A DNA stretch of 64,000 nucleotides from the sequence record CP132319.1, one strand, 5' to 3'. The DNA is from a plasmid. Made by a program: the position numbers and the translations under genes. Below, one piece after another: positions 40,061-49,210 of the stretch. Position 1 is the stretch's first letter. The number at the start of each line of letters is the position of its first letter. The notes beneath the pieces were generated by a model. The model ran no database searches. It was not told the DNA's origin and saw nothing but the letters and a program-made list of their open reading frames with translations.

Positions 40061-40080
40061 GAATTAAATATAGTTTATTC
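40061..40080. repeat. AT-rich TATA-centred box, copy 1 of 4 (GAATTAAATATAGTTTATTC)
   Basis: Intergenic, just upstream of virB8. Shares the AyTATArTTA core with copies at 40827, 47611 and 49211. Confidence 0.35.
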
Positions 40081-40187
40081 GTCAGGCCGAGCGATCACCT
40101 CTACCGGCCAAATCGGTGCTGAGGTGAGGGCTGGTTTGCCTGGATTACTGGAGCGCGTTCAGCTCCGTGGCGCAGTCGTCCGAAGAG

Positions 40188-40559
40188 CTAGCTGCACCAC
40201 TTCATCAGCGTTTTCTTCGACGCCGTATTGGAGAAGTAGAAAGAGCGATCATCCTTCACCTCGATGCGGACCGTGTCGGGGTCACCGTCTGATTCATCAG
40301 AGCCAGCCTCGACCCATAGGACATCGAGAACATAGGAATTTCCCTCGTTTTTGACGGATAGAACCTTCCCGGCGGTCTTGTTGGCGCCAATCCCCTTGTC
40401 CTCGATATAGATAAACGCGGCGGCCGCGGCTTCGCAGCCACCTTCGACCGGTGCATATGCGCCGGTCAGCACAGGCAGGATCGAGCTTGGCGATTGGGAC
40501 CATGCCGTTCCGGGGAGCAGCAGGCCGACCGCAGTCATGGTCGAGGCGATTTTCTTCAT
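40188..40559 (-). CDS. small exported protein in the virB6-virB8 gap (not a lipoprotein)
   Basis: SPase I-type signal (LLLPGTAWS-QS), 123 aa. Confidence 0.5.
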   Translation of the reverse strand: MKKIASTMTAVGLLLPGTAWSQSPSSILPVLTGAYAPVEGGCEAAAAAFIYIEDKGIGANKTAGKVLSVKNEGNSYVLDVLWVEAGSDESDGDPDTVRIEVKDDRSFYFSNTASKKTLMKWCS

Positions 40560-40574
40560 GGAGAAGTTTCCCGC

Positions 40575-40811
40575 TCAGAATCCGAACATGCTGCCGACGC
40601 TTTGTGCATATCCGGCCAGCGTGTTGTAGAGGTCGATGCAATATTCGGCGAACGGTTTGAAGAAGATGACGGCGCCGATGAAAAGCAGGACGCCGAGACC
40701 TCCGCCCTTCTTGGCCTCGGCGCGATCGTTGTCTGCCATCTCTTCGTTGAGACGGTTTTGCGCGTCCATGGCGGCGAAGCGCCGACGGTCATCTTGCCAA
40801 GGGTGATCCAC
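40575..40811 (-). CDS. small single-TM protein in the virB6-virB8 gap
   Basis: Charged N-terminus, then the TM segment GGLGVLLFIGAVIFF. Confidence 0.4.
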   Translation of the reverse strand: MDHPWQDDRRRFAAMDAQNRLNEEMADNDRAEAKKGGGLGVLLFIGAVIFFKPFAEYCIDLYNTLAGYAQSVGSMFGF

Positions 40812-40826
40812 GGCTATTCTCCTTCG

Positions 40827-40844
40827 GATAAATTATAGTTACCA
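40827..40844. repeat. AT-rich TATA-centred box, copy 2 of 4 (GGATAAATTATAGTTACC)
   Basis: Intergenic between virB6 and the small ORFs. Confidence 0.35.
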
Positions 40845-40866
40845 AGAATGCGCATAAGAGACTACC

Positions 40867-41886
40867 CTAAAGTTGCCCATTCTTTTCGGTTTCTCGCTGG
40901 ATTGCGCGGGCTCGAGCTGCCTGAACATCCGTCGATGTGCGGCGACGACCAAGGCCGGCACGCAGGAGCCGAGCGCGTCCGCTGACCTGGCGTTCAGCAT
41001 AGGCGACCGAACGCCGGCCGCCGATAAAGGCGGAATCGCCTTGCCCCAAAACACTGCCTCCAACGATGGATGCGGCGAAGGAGGGGATGAAGCGAAAAAC
41101 GACGATCCCGAGCAGGCAGACGATCACGAACGGAGCGACATAGGAGAGCTTGCTTTCCGTAGCGGTATTGTTGGCCGTGTTGATCGCCAGTTCGATGAGT
41201 TGGTAGAGGAAGGCGAGGAACGCCATCATCAAGGTCTGCGTCACCATCAGGTTGACCATCAACAAGAGCCAGCCGTCGGTAAAGCGGAAGGTCCAGCGGT
41301 AGAGCGCCAGGATGATGAACACCGGCGCCAGTGCCAGGGTGATGAACAGCATCAGCTTGGCGGCGAGAATCGCGGCCGCTGCGACGGCGATGAAGATCAT
41401 CGCGACGACAAAGACGATCGCACCGATCAGAGCGCCGACATATTCGAAGGTGCCGGTCGCCACCTGCTCGTAAATCTTACCTGCGGTCTCAAAGACGGCG
41501 TCTAGGATCTTCACCACGCCCGTCGTGTCGCCCGTGCCGCCATCGAGCGCCCCACCCGAGCCAGCGATCGACTCGATGATCGTGTCGGAAATCAGATTGG
41601 GGACCTCCTGGACGAGCTTGTAGAGCGTGGCGGAAAATGCCCCCCAGTTCGTCGCCATATAGTAGATGAAGAATGCGCGGCCGAGCCGCCAGGCCGCCTC
41701 CGGCACGGAGAAACCGTCGCGGCCGGCGAGGATCATATAGCCCCACCAGAGAACGTAAAGCGTCAGCATCGACCCGAACAGGACATTCACCTGTAGCGCG
41801 AGACCGTCATAGGCGTTCTTGATAAACGTCTCGCCGATGGCGTCGAGCTTGGAAAAAATGTCCGAGATGATCGTGGTCGCCGCCAT
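40867..41886 (-). CDS. virB6: VirB6/TrbL
   Basis: Polytopic membrane protein, 339 aa. Confidence 0.8.
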   Translation of the reverse strand: MAATTIISDIFSKLDAIGETFIKNAYDGLALQVNVLFGSMLTLYVLWWGYMILAGRDGFSVPEAAWRLGRAFFIYYMATNWGAFSATLYKLVQEVPNLISDTIIESIAGSGGALDGGTGDTTGVVKILDAVFETAGKIYEQVATGTFEYVGALIGAIVFVVAMIFIAVAAAAILAAKLMLFITLALAPVFIILALYRWTFRFTDGWLLLMVNLMVTQTLMMAFLAFLYQLIELAINTANNTATESKLSYVAPFVIVCLLGIVVFRFIPSFAASIVGGSVLGQGDSAFIGGRRSVAYAERQVSGRARLLRAGLGRRRTSTDVQAARARAIQRETEKNGQL

Positions 41887-41890
41887 TCGC

Positions 41891-42064
41891 CTATTCCTTC
41901 AGGACGGGGGCGAAGACGTCGTTGACCGGCATGGCCGGACCGCACAGGTCATCGGCCTCGGCATATCCCGAGATCGGCGGGCAGGGGGCCTTCTTCTCAC
42001 CTTTCGTCTGGCAACCGACGAGCAGGGCGAGACCGGAAAGCATGATGGCAACGGGCATTCTCAT
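41891..42064 (-). CDS. unlisted 57-aa lipoprotein ORF, entry-exclusion (Eex)-like position between virB5 and virB6
   Basis: My translation: MRMPVAIMLSGLALLVGCQTKGEKKAPCPPISGYAEADDLCGPAMPVNDVFAPVLKE, lipobox LLVGC. It occupies the same slot as eex in pKM101-type operons. Confidence 0.45.
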   Translation of the reverse strand: MRMPVAIMLSGLALLVGCQTKGEKKAPCPPISGYAEADDLCGPAMPVNDVFAPVLKE

Positions 42065-42070
42065 GCGGCC

Positions 42071-42787
42071 TCACTTGAACGGGTTGACGTCTTTGTATTG
42101 CAGCATCTTGGCTGTCTCCGACTGCTGGGTCAGCCGCATCTGCATTTCGGTGTTCAGAGCCGAGACCGCGCCGTTCGAGACGCCGATCAACTCGTTGATG
42201 GTGCGCGCCGTCTCCAGCTGCATGCGGGTGTTGGCGTCGACCGAACCCTTCACATCTTCGGCCGAGCCGATCTGGCCGGTGGCCGACTGCAACGACTGCT
42301 CGCGCTGCGACACGCCTTTGGTTGCCTGCTGCGTCAGCGCCGAGAGCAGCGCCACCGTATTGACGGCGCCGGAAAAGGCATTGTTCATCGCCCCGGCATC
42401 CTCGCCTTCGACGATCGCCTTGACCTGTTTCACCAGCTGCAGGCCGTTGATCAGCGTCGCCGCGATATTCTGCGCGCCTGAGCCAAGTCCACCGAACGAC
42501 AGCGTGCCGCCGTTCATAATCGAGCTGAATGACGGTGCGGCCGAGACCGACATGTTGCCGCCGAGGCCGGTCGAGGAAATCCCCATCGAGCCGTCGCGAC
42601 TACCGGAGAGCGCGCCGAGGATCTCCTTGGTCTTTTCGAGGATGTTGGTGTTGGTCTTCATGATCTCGCCGGTGTTTTCCGCGTTCTTCCTGGCGATCGC
42701 GAGATTGGTGTTATCGATCACCGGTATGTCGGCGAGCGCCGGCGTCGAGAAGGCGAGGGCGGCGGAGACGATGAGCAGCTTGTTCAT
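42071..42787 (-). CDS. virB5: VirB5/TrbJ-family minor pilus protein
   Basis: Signal peptide ending ALADIPVID, alpha-helical, with a C-terminal YKDVNPFK. Confidence 0.7.
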   Translation of the reverse strand: MNKLLIVSAALAFSTPALADIPVIDNTNLAIARKNAENTGEIMKTNTNILEKTKEILGALSGSRDGSMGISSTGLGGNMSVSAAPSFSSIMNGGTLSFGGLGSGAQNIAATLINGLQLVKQVKAIVEGEDAGAMNNAFSGAVNTVALLSALTQQATKGVSQREQSLQSATGQIGSAEDVKGSVDANTRMQLETARTINELIGVSNGAVSALNTEMQMRLTQQSETAKMLQYKDVNPFK

Positions 42788-42797
42788 GGGAACCCCC

Positions 42798-43961
42798 TTA
42801 ATCGGCCGCGTTGGCGGCGTTCTGGATGGATAGAAGATTGTTGCCGATCGAGCGGTCCGTACCGCCGGACGAGAGAATTTCTGTATCGGCGTCGGCGGCC
42901 GCGACCACCGCGCAGCGCGGCCAGTCCTCGCGCGGCACCTTCATCTCTTCGAGGATGACCCGGTCGCAGCTGTAGGGATTGACCTTGGCGTCGGATTTGA
43001 GGGTCTTGGCCGTCTCGGACGTTTTCGACAGATTCATCTGCATGCGCGCCTGCAGCAGTTCGTTGAACAGGTTGCGGGCGGTGATCAAGTTGTTGAGCAG
43101 CTCGGCATTGACGGCGCGAGCCTGCGTGTTGTCGTCCCAGGCATCCTGGTAGATCTCCGACGCGCCGACCGAGGCCGACAGCGCATCGATGCGACGGCCC
43201 GCCTCCTGGACGCGTGCGGTGCTTGCGTCGATCCCCGAAACGGCACGGTCGACCGCGCCGGCCGCCGCTCTGTTGGAACTGCGGGTCGCTCCGGAACCGT
43301 AATCGACATAGGATTTATAGGACGGCGAGGAGATGTCCTCGATGTTCGAGCCGCCGGCGAATGAATTAAACCAGCCATGGTTCCGGCCGACCTTGCCGGC
43401 CCAATTCTTCTGCTCCGCCGCCGTCGAGCCGTTATACCAGGACGCGAGGCAGGCATAGTCGGTGCTGCCGCACTTGTTGACGCCCATGCCGAGGTATTTG
43501 ACGCCGCCCTCGATATTCTCCTCGTTGATGTCTCGGTCGAAGCCCATGCCTTTGCCGGTCCGCTTCGTCAGCTGCATCACGCCCTTCACGCCGGTCGGCG
43601 AGCCCGAGCAGGTCGAGATGCCGGATTCCGCATGCGCAACGGCCAAAGCAAGGCCAACCGGAACATTGTACTTTTCCGCATAATGCTTGATCAATTCAAC
43701 GTTCTTGGCATCCTCCTTCACCGCCTGCGCCGGCGAACGGTAGAGACGGCGGTTCTTTTCCTTCTGGGAGATGTTGCAGTTCGTCACCGTTTGCTCTTCG
43801 AGCTGGTCGGATTGTGTTTCGGTGTCCTGCTTGGAATGTCCTTCATCCTCCGCCCGCTTTTCCTTCACATCGTCGTCGATGACCGGAATGTCGGCGAATG
43901 CCGCTGGCGCCGGTGCGGTGACGAGCGCGGCAGAAAGCAGGAGCAGGATCGTTCTACGCAT
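42798..43961 (-). CDS. chimeric protein: VirB5-like N-terminus and C-terminus with an inserted lytic transglycosylase (SLT) domain
   Basis: Signal peptide ending AFADIPVID (as in VirB5), an SLT catalytic motif (LALAVAHAESG...GVMQL), and a C-terminus (NLSKTSETAKTLKSDAKVNPYS) paralogous to the VirB5 C-terminus. Confidence 0.65.
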   Translation of the reverse strand: MRRTILLLLSAALVTAPAPAAFADIPVIDDDVKEKRAEDEGHSKQDTETQSDQLEEQTVTNCNISQKEKNRRLYRSPAQAVKEDAKNVELIKHYAEKYNVPVGLALAVAHAESGISTCSGSPTGVKGVMQLTKRTGKGMGFDRDINEENIEGGVKYLGMGVNKCGSTDYACLASWYNGSTAAEQKNWAGKVGRNHGWFNSFAGGSNIEDISSPSYKSYVDYGSGATRSSNRAAAGAVDRAVSGIDASTARVQEAGRRIDALSASVGASEIYQDAWDDNTQARAVNAELLNNLITARNLFNELLQARMQMNLSKTSETAKTLKSDAKVNPYSCDRVILEEMKVPREDWPRCAVVAAADADTEILSSGGTDRSIGNNLLSIQNAANAAD

Positions 43962-46365
43962 CGGCCGCCTCCGGAATGGTCCAGCCACAGAAATGAGGGA
44001 GCCACGCGGCCGGCTCGTCGCCATAGGTCTCGCGCAGCGTCTGGCACTCGCGCACCGTCTCCGGCCGCCCGGACAAGACCTTCACCAGGTCGGGCATCGC
44101 CGATAGATCGAGCCGCGCGATCACCGAGTCCTGGGCGTGCTTGATGAGGAAGGTGCGGCTCGTCTTGTCTGCCTGCTTCACGAAGCGGAATTCCTTTTCC
44201 GACAGGCCGAACGCCTTGCGGTAGCTCTCCTCGTCGGCCGACGCATTCGGGAAGAAGATGTTGGTCATCGTCTGTTCGATGATCGTGTTGCGCAGGTCGG
44301 AACGCACCACGTCGGCGGCCGACTGTGTGCCGAAGCCGACTATGCCGTTCATCTTGCGGATCGTCTTCAGCCAATCCTTGATGAAGCCGGAGAAGACCTC
44401 GTCATCGAGCAGGCGCCAGCCTTCGTCGAGGAAGATCATCGAGGGGCGGCCGTCGAGGATCTCCTGAATACGATGGAACATATAGAGGAGCGCCGCCGAG
44501 CGCGTGCGCTTGTCGGACAGGATCTCAGTCATGTCGAAGCCGATCACCGAGCCGGCAAAATCCAGCCTGTCGGTCGGGTTGTTGAACAGCCAGCCCTTGT
44601 CGCCCGTCGTCCATTCCTTCAGCCGGTCGGCGAGATCGCCAATGCCGGATCGCATCCTGCCGCGAAGCGCTTCCGCCAGCATGTCGAGACGCCGCTGTGG
44701 TCGTTCGAAATCGGTGTAGATGCTGTCGACCGCATCGGAGATGACCGCCATCTCCTCGGCATTCAGCACCCGGTCCGACGGTGTGACAAGATAAGAGACC
44801 AGCGTCTTGCCGAAGCTGCGGTTGGCGGGCGTGTCTTCAAGCTGCAGCGGCGCAAAGCCGGTCGGCTCGCCCGGCGAAAGTCGCTCATAACGCCCGCCCA
44901 TAGCGCGCACGAAGATCTCGCCACCGCGATCCTTGTCGATGAAGACGCAGCGCGGCCGCGGGTTAACGCGCATGCCCTGGGCGAGAAGGAAGGAAAGCGC
45001 CACCGTCTTGCCCGAGCCGGTCGGGCCGATGACGGTGAAGTTGCCGACATCTGCCTCATGGAAATTGAAGAAATAGGCGGTCTGGCTGGTAGTCTCCAGC
45101 AGCGAGATCGGCAGGCCCCAATGGACCTTTTGCGTCTGCCCGGACGGAAAATTGTGCGCGGAGAAGAGGCCGGCGAAGTTGACCGACGAGATTAACCCCT
45201 GCCGGGCAATGTAGGAAAAGTTGGTCGGCAGTTGCGCCCACCAGGCCGCTTCCTGATTGAGGTCTTCGCGCACGGCGACCACACCCATGCGCGCCAGCTC
45301 CGCCGTGACGTCTGCGACGGCGCGGTTGAGCCGCGGCAGGTCGCGCTCAAGCACCGCCACCGTCATGTGATGTTTGCCGAACACCACTTCGCCCGAGGCC
45401 AGCCGGTCGCGCGCCGTTTCGATATCGTCTTCGACCGCCGTGCCGCCATCGTCGGAATTCGAAATTTGCCGGCTGATGGTGGCGATCGCCTCCGTGACCG
45501 TCGTCCGGTCCTCCGGGGCGAAGGAATGGGTGACGATGAACTCGTAGGGCAGGCGCAGCAGCCCATCGAGCTGGCCGGGCGTCGTCATCGGCGGATATTC
45601 CTTGATCGACACCATGGCGGCGACCTTGGAGGTCGCGCCATCCGCCGACCAGATTTCCGTGGCCTTGCGACCAAACATGATCCGGCCGGTCCCGACATAA
45701 TCGGCGAGCGACATGCGGGGCAGGGGCATCGTCCGCTCGTCGCCGGCGGCGAGGATCTTGGCGAAGAACTCGGCCGGCTCGGAATAGAGGCCGCCATCGC
45801 GGCTGACGCAGGAAAGGATTTCCGGGCGGTAGGAGCGGAAATCGCCGACAATGCCCGAGACCATGTCCTTCAGGTCGCGCAGCGCCTCGCCGCGGGCTTC
45901 GACCTCGTTGTCGGCCATGCGGAAGACATCGAACATCCGGTCGACCTTGCCGGCGCGGCCAGTCATCGGCCGGCGGATGACCGTCAGGTATAGTTCGTTG
46001 ACGAACATCGTCCGGTGCTGCAGCCCATCCATGTAGCGGGCGTTCAGCTCATCTGCGAAGGGATTGTCGAATTCACCGTCAATTGCCGGCTTGATCTGCC
46101 GGCGGATGATCGTGGCATAGAGCGCAAAGCGTGACGATCCGAGGGAGCGGACCGTCATGTTGCGGTTGGCGAGGCGAGCATTGATCTCCGCCTGATCCAT
46201 CGTTTGATAGGGCAGGCCAGAGAGACGGATGACCTGTAGCAGCAGGCCGGACTTGGTGACGATCGTCTCCTCGTCGACATGGCGCAGATAGGGGACGTGC
46301 GTGCCGATCCCCAGGTCGCGAGCGCGTTCCCGGCCGAACTTCAGGTCGTGATTGACGATGTTCAT
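43954..46365 (-). CDS. virB4: VirB4/TrbE T4SS ATPase
   Basis: Walker A GPTGSGKT, Walker B MIFLDEGW, about 800 aa. Confidence 0.9.
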   Translation of the reverse strand: MNIVNHDLKFGRERARDLGIGTHVPYLRHVDEETIVTKSGLLLQVIRLSGLPYQTMDQAEINARLANRNMTVRSLGSSRFALYATIIRRQIKPAIDGEFDNPFADELNARYMDGLQHRTMFVNELYLTVIRRPMTGRAGKVDRMFDVFRMADNEVEARGEALRDLKDMVSGIVGDFRSYRPEILSCVSRDGGLYSEPAEFFAKILAAGDERTMPLPRMSLADYVGTGRIMFGRKATEIWSADGATSKVAAMVSIKEYPPMTTPGQLDGLLRLPYEFIVTHSFAPEDRTTVTEAIATISRQISNSDDGGTAVEDDIETARDRLASGEVVFGKHHMTVAVLERDLPRLNRAVADVTAELARMGVVAVREDLNQEAAWWAQLPTNFSYIARQGLISSVNFAGLFSAHNFPSGQTQKVHWGLPISLLETTSQTAYFFNFHEADVGNFTVIGPTGSGKTVALSFLLAQGMRVNPRPRCVFIDKDRGGEIFVRAMGGRYERLSPGEPTGFAPLQLEDTPANRSFGKTLVSYLVTPSDRVLNAEEMAVISDAVDSIYTDFERPQRRLDMLAEALRGRMRSGIGDLADRLKEWTTGDKGWLFNNPTDRLDFAGSVIGFDMTEILSDKRTRSAALLYMFHRIQEILDGRPSMIFLDEGWRLLDDEVFSGFIKDWLKTIRKMNGIVGFGTQSAADVVRSDLRNTIIEQTMTNIFFPNASADEESYRKAFGLSEKEFRFVKQADKTSRTFLIKHAQDSVIARLDLSAMPDLVKVLSGRPETVRECQTLRETYGDEPAAWLPHFCGWTIPEAADA

Positions 46366-46661
46366 GGGGCGTAGCTCCCCGCTTTCCAGAAGCGCCGGTT
46401 GCGGATCGCCCGCCGCATCGACAGGAACACCTGCGCCACGCGGACGATGTGGATGTCCCGCTGGCACAGGTACAGGGCGATGAAATGGACGGGCAGGACG
46501 ATCAGCGGCGCCAGGAAATTCGACGACGCGATGAAGACGACGATCCCGAAAATGCCGTTCACCACGAACACGATGATGTCGACCCCGAAATACATCGGCG
46601 GCTTGGTCAGCGGCTGGATGAGAGGTTCGACATCGGGAGCGTCGTCACGCATGTCAGACAC
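46362..46661 (-). CDS. virB3: VirB3/TrbD
   Basis: 99 aa with a TM hairpin, overlapping the virB4 start. Confidence 0.75.
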   Translation of the reverse strand: MSDMRDDAPDVEPLIQPLTKPPMYFGVDIIVFVVNGIFGIVVFIASSNFLAPLIVLPVHFIALYLCQRDIHIVRVAQVFLSMRRAIRNRRFWKAGSYAP

Positions 46662-46977
46662 CCCCGGCCGCCTTCATGGCGTCGACCAGTTCGGCGGCGC
46701 CGAAGATGATCGCGATGCCGATGACGATGGAGATCGCGCCCTGCCAGGCCATGCGTCCGGTCAGGAACAGGAAGCCGAGGAAGCAGACGGCGATGATCGC
46801 GAGCGACCGGGCGACGCTGCCCTGCAGGACGCCGGTGAACCATTCGAGGATGCCTTCGACCGGCGCGGCCGATTGCGCATAGGCCAATTCCGGGACCAGC
46901 GCGATGGAAGTCGCAAGGACCGCCAGCGACAGGAGGGCCTTGCCGGGGAGGCGCGGCGTCATCGTGGAAATGCTCAT
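46654..46977 (-). CDS. virB2: VirB2/TrbC pilin
   Basis: Long signal peptide, then two hydrophobic helices. Confidence 0.75.
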   Translation of the reverse strand: MSISTMTPRLPGKALLSLAVLATSIALVPELAYAQSAAPVEGILEWFTGVLQGSVARSLAIIAVCFLGFLFLTGRMAWQGAISIVIGIAIIFGAAELVDAMKAAGGV

Positions 46978-47025
46978 TCGAAAGTCCTTCTGATCTTGGG
47001 AGGTTGAGGTTGGAGGGAACCAGCG

Positions 47026-47586
47026 CTAGTCGGCGGTCCAGACGTGTTGGTCGCGCCAGGGGGAGGGCGCGAGCGCAACCGTCTCCGTGCGGGCGTCGTT
47101 ATTCCCGCGGCGCTTTTCCTCGGCCGCCGACGCCTTGGCGTTCAGCGTCCAGCGGTTCATCACCTTGACGATGTACTGGGCTGTCTCGTTGAACTCAGGG
47201 ATGCCGCCCTTCTGGTAGACGCGCTCCGGTCCGGCGTTGTAGGCGGCCAGCATCAGCAGGGGATCGTCGAACTCGCCGTAGAGCTTCTTGAGGTAGCGAA
47301 CGCCGGCGCGGATGTTCGATTCCGGATCGCAGCGGTCGGTCACGCCATAGTCGGAGGCGGTCTCGGGCATCAGCTGCATGATGCCGATGGCGCCGGCATC
47401 GGAGACCTGGTGCCTGCCGCCGGCGCTCTCGACATCAACCACCGCGAGCGCCAGATCGGGGTCCAGTTCTTCCTCGGTGGCGATGGTCCGAACCAGTTCC
47501 ATTACGCGCTCGCTATCGACAGATTCGCACGCTTGCGCGGTCATAGCCGACGTCGAGAGGAGGAGAAAAATCAGGGTGGTTTTCAA
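47026..47586 (-). CDS. virB1: VirB1-like lytic transglycosylase
   Basis: Signal peptide and an SLT motif (LALAVVDVESAGG...GIMQLMP...AYNAG). Confidence 0.8.
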   Translation of the reverse strand: MKTTLIFLLLSTSAMTAQACESVDSERVMELVRTIATEEELDPDLALAVVDVESAGGRHQVSDAGAIGIMQLMPETASDYGVTDRCDPESNIRAGVRYLKKLYGEFDDPLLMLAAYNAGPERVYQKGGIPEFNETAQYIVKVMNRWTLNAKASAAEEKRRGNNDARTETVALAPSPWRDQHVWTAD

Positions 47587-47610
47587 ATCGTTTATCCGGG
47601 TTGTCGCATC

Positions 47611-47634
47611 GAGTAATAAACTATAGTTAATTCC
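47611..47634. repeat. AT-rich TATA-centred box, copy 3 of 4 (GAGTAATAAACTATAGTTAATTCC)
   Basis: Immediately upstream of virB1. Contains the palindrome AACTATAGTT. Confidence 0.4.
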
Positions 47635-47665
47635 TATGGGATTCCCCTGTCAATTCGGAAATGGC

Positions 47666-48295
47666 ATGGCTGCTATGCGACAACAACTCAAAGTAATCGG
47701 GTTCGCCCTCATATCCCTGGCGGGAGACGCCACCGCAGTCACCATGGCGCAGGGCGAAAATCCCTACGGCGAGCCGCCTCCGGGATACCTCCGCCAATTT
47801 GTGGAGCAGGGGGCGAAGGCATTCGTGCTGGAGCGTTTCGACGCCGAGGGAAACCTGGTGGCCAGGTCGGTTGAGAAGCTGAATGAGAGCGTCGAGATCG
47901 ACGGCCCGGTCGAGCGAAGTATCGCGGGGCAAAGAATCAGTTTGCGTGGGCTGACCGCCTGCCCAACCGAAAACGTCGTTTATAATCGCGTACAGACATG
48001 GCGTTGCACCGACGCGGCGCGCGACTACGCCGAGACGGTCTATAACAGGCGTGCCAAGGTCATTCTCTGCAAGACCCTGGTGCTGACCCCGGCTGAAAAC
48101 GAGGCGATCCCTGCGTCATGCTTCGTCCTCGTTGGTGGCGACGGGGAGCCCTTCAAGACGGTCAATGACGACGACAGCATGGTGTTTCTCGGACTGGCGT
48201 CCATTGGACGAACACAGGATGGGCGCAGCCGTAGGCCTGACCTCGAAGCGTCGCAATCTCTCTCACGATCGATGGGGTTCCAGAATGCGGACTGA
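47666..48295 (+). CDS. exported 4-Cys protein, paralogue of the downstream SNase-like gene
   Basis: Signal peptide, and a Cys spacing similar to 48285-48794. Confidence 0.4.
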   Translation: MAAMRQQLKVIGFALISLAGDATAVTMAQGENPYGEPPPGYLRQFVEQGAKAFVLERFDAEGNLVARSVEKLNESVEIDGPVERSIAGQRISLRGLTACPTENVVYNRVQTWRCTDAARDYAETVYNRRAKVILCKTLVLTPAENEAIPASCFVLVGGDGEPFKTVNDDDSMVFLGLASIGRTQDGRSRRPDLEASQSLSRSMGFQNAD

Positions 48296-48794
48296 GTTTT
48301 CGATGGCCATCGCCATGCTGGTCGCGTTCGCAGCCGTTGCGCAGGACAAGACCATCTCATTTCCGTCTAACGTAAGCTTTGAGACGGGCGATACCTGGGC
48401 TTACGAAGGCCGGAAATACAGGGTTTTCGGGGTTCAGTCATGTCTGCGCGGCACGACTTTTCGTTCCTCTGATGGTGACGAGGTCGACTGCGGGATGCGT
48501 TCGATCGCATCGATAGCAGCGCTGTTCTCGACGGGTTCGATCGGTTGTCAGCCTGTCGGCAACGCCAAGGATGGCGCCACGTTCGTCGTCTGCGCAGCCG
48601 AGATCGATGAGATGACGGTCGATGTCGGAACGGCGCTCATATCGTCGGGCGGGGCATTTGCGGCCGTGTTCCCTTCTGGCGCGCCGGTATCGGCATCCTA
48701 CGCGATCGCGGAGAAAGCCGCCAAAGACAGCCGCGCCGGCCTATGGGCGGGGCGCTTCGTTCATCCCGTCTCCCTGCTTCTGGGCGAGCAATGA
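48285..48794 (+). CDS. exported thermonuclease (SNase)-like protein
   Basis: Signal peptide, a GDTWAYEGRKYRVFGV SNase-like core and a C-terminal AEKAAKDSRAGLWAG. A nuc-like gene is common on conjugative plasmids. Confidence 0.5.
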   Translation: MRTEFSMAIAMLVAFAAVAQDKTISFPSNVSFETGDTWAYEGRKYRVFGVQSCLRGTTFRSSDGDEVDCGMRSIASIAALFSTGSIGCQPVGNAKDGATFVVCAAEIDEMTVDVGTALISSGGAFAAVFPSGAPVSASYAIAEKAAKDSRAGLWAGRFVHPVSLLLGEQ

Positions 48795-49001
48795 CCAGAC
48801 CTCCGAAAGATCGATGTGAAGGCATTCCGTAATCATGGCGACTTCCCGCAGGGTCATGAGCTGCCATGCGCCTTCCTGCAGAAGCTCCAATCGCTCTTCA
48901 GCAATGCCGGTCAGTTCGGCAAATTCATGAGGTTTGGTGTCGCGGCGCCTTAATTCGTCTGCGAGGAATTGCACAAGCTCTACAGCACTTTCACTGGCCA
49001 T
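48741..49001 (-). CDS. small XRE-like HTH regulator (86 aa)
   Basis: The HTH segment EFAELTGIAEERLELLQEGAWQLMTLREVAMITECL. Confidence 0.55.
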   Translation of the reverse strand: MASESAVELVQFLADELRRRDTKPHEFAELTGIAEERLELLQEGAWQLMTLREVAMITECLHIDLSEVWSLLAQKQGDGMNEAPRP

Positions 49002-49210
49002 TTGCGGTCATCCTTTCCGGTCACCGGCACGACGGTTTCGCGTCGTTGTGGTGCGGGTTTGCTTTGCCTGCATGCGCGCTCGCCAGTGCGAAGTCGGGCA
49101 AGGCGATGTCGGAACGGACGGGTGTGATTCCCCCGGCCGAATGTCTCGCTCAACCTTTCCACGAGTGAAAAGCGGCGTTTTCGCGGCAGCCGCTGATTAT
49201 GTTTGTCCGG

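Noticed and set aside
41922-42833. 303-aa plus-strand ORF spanning virB5 and the eex-like gene
   Set aside because: It is antisense to two tightly packed genes with signal peptides, and its translation is low-complexity.
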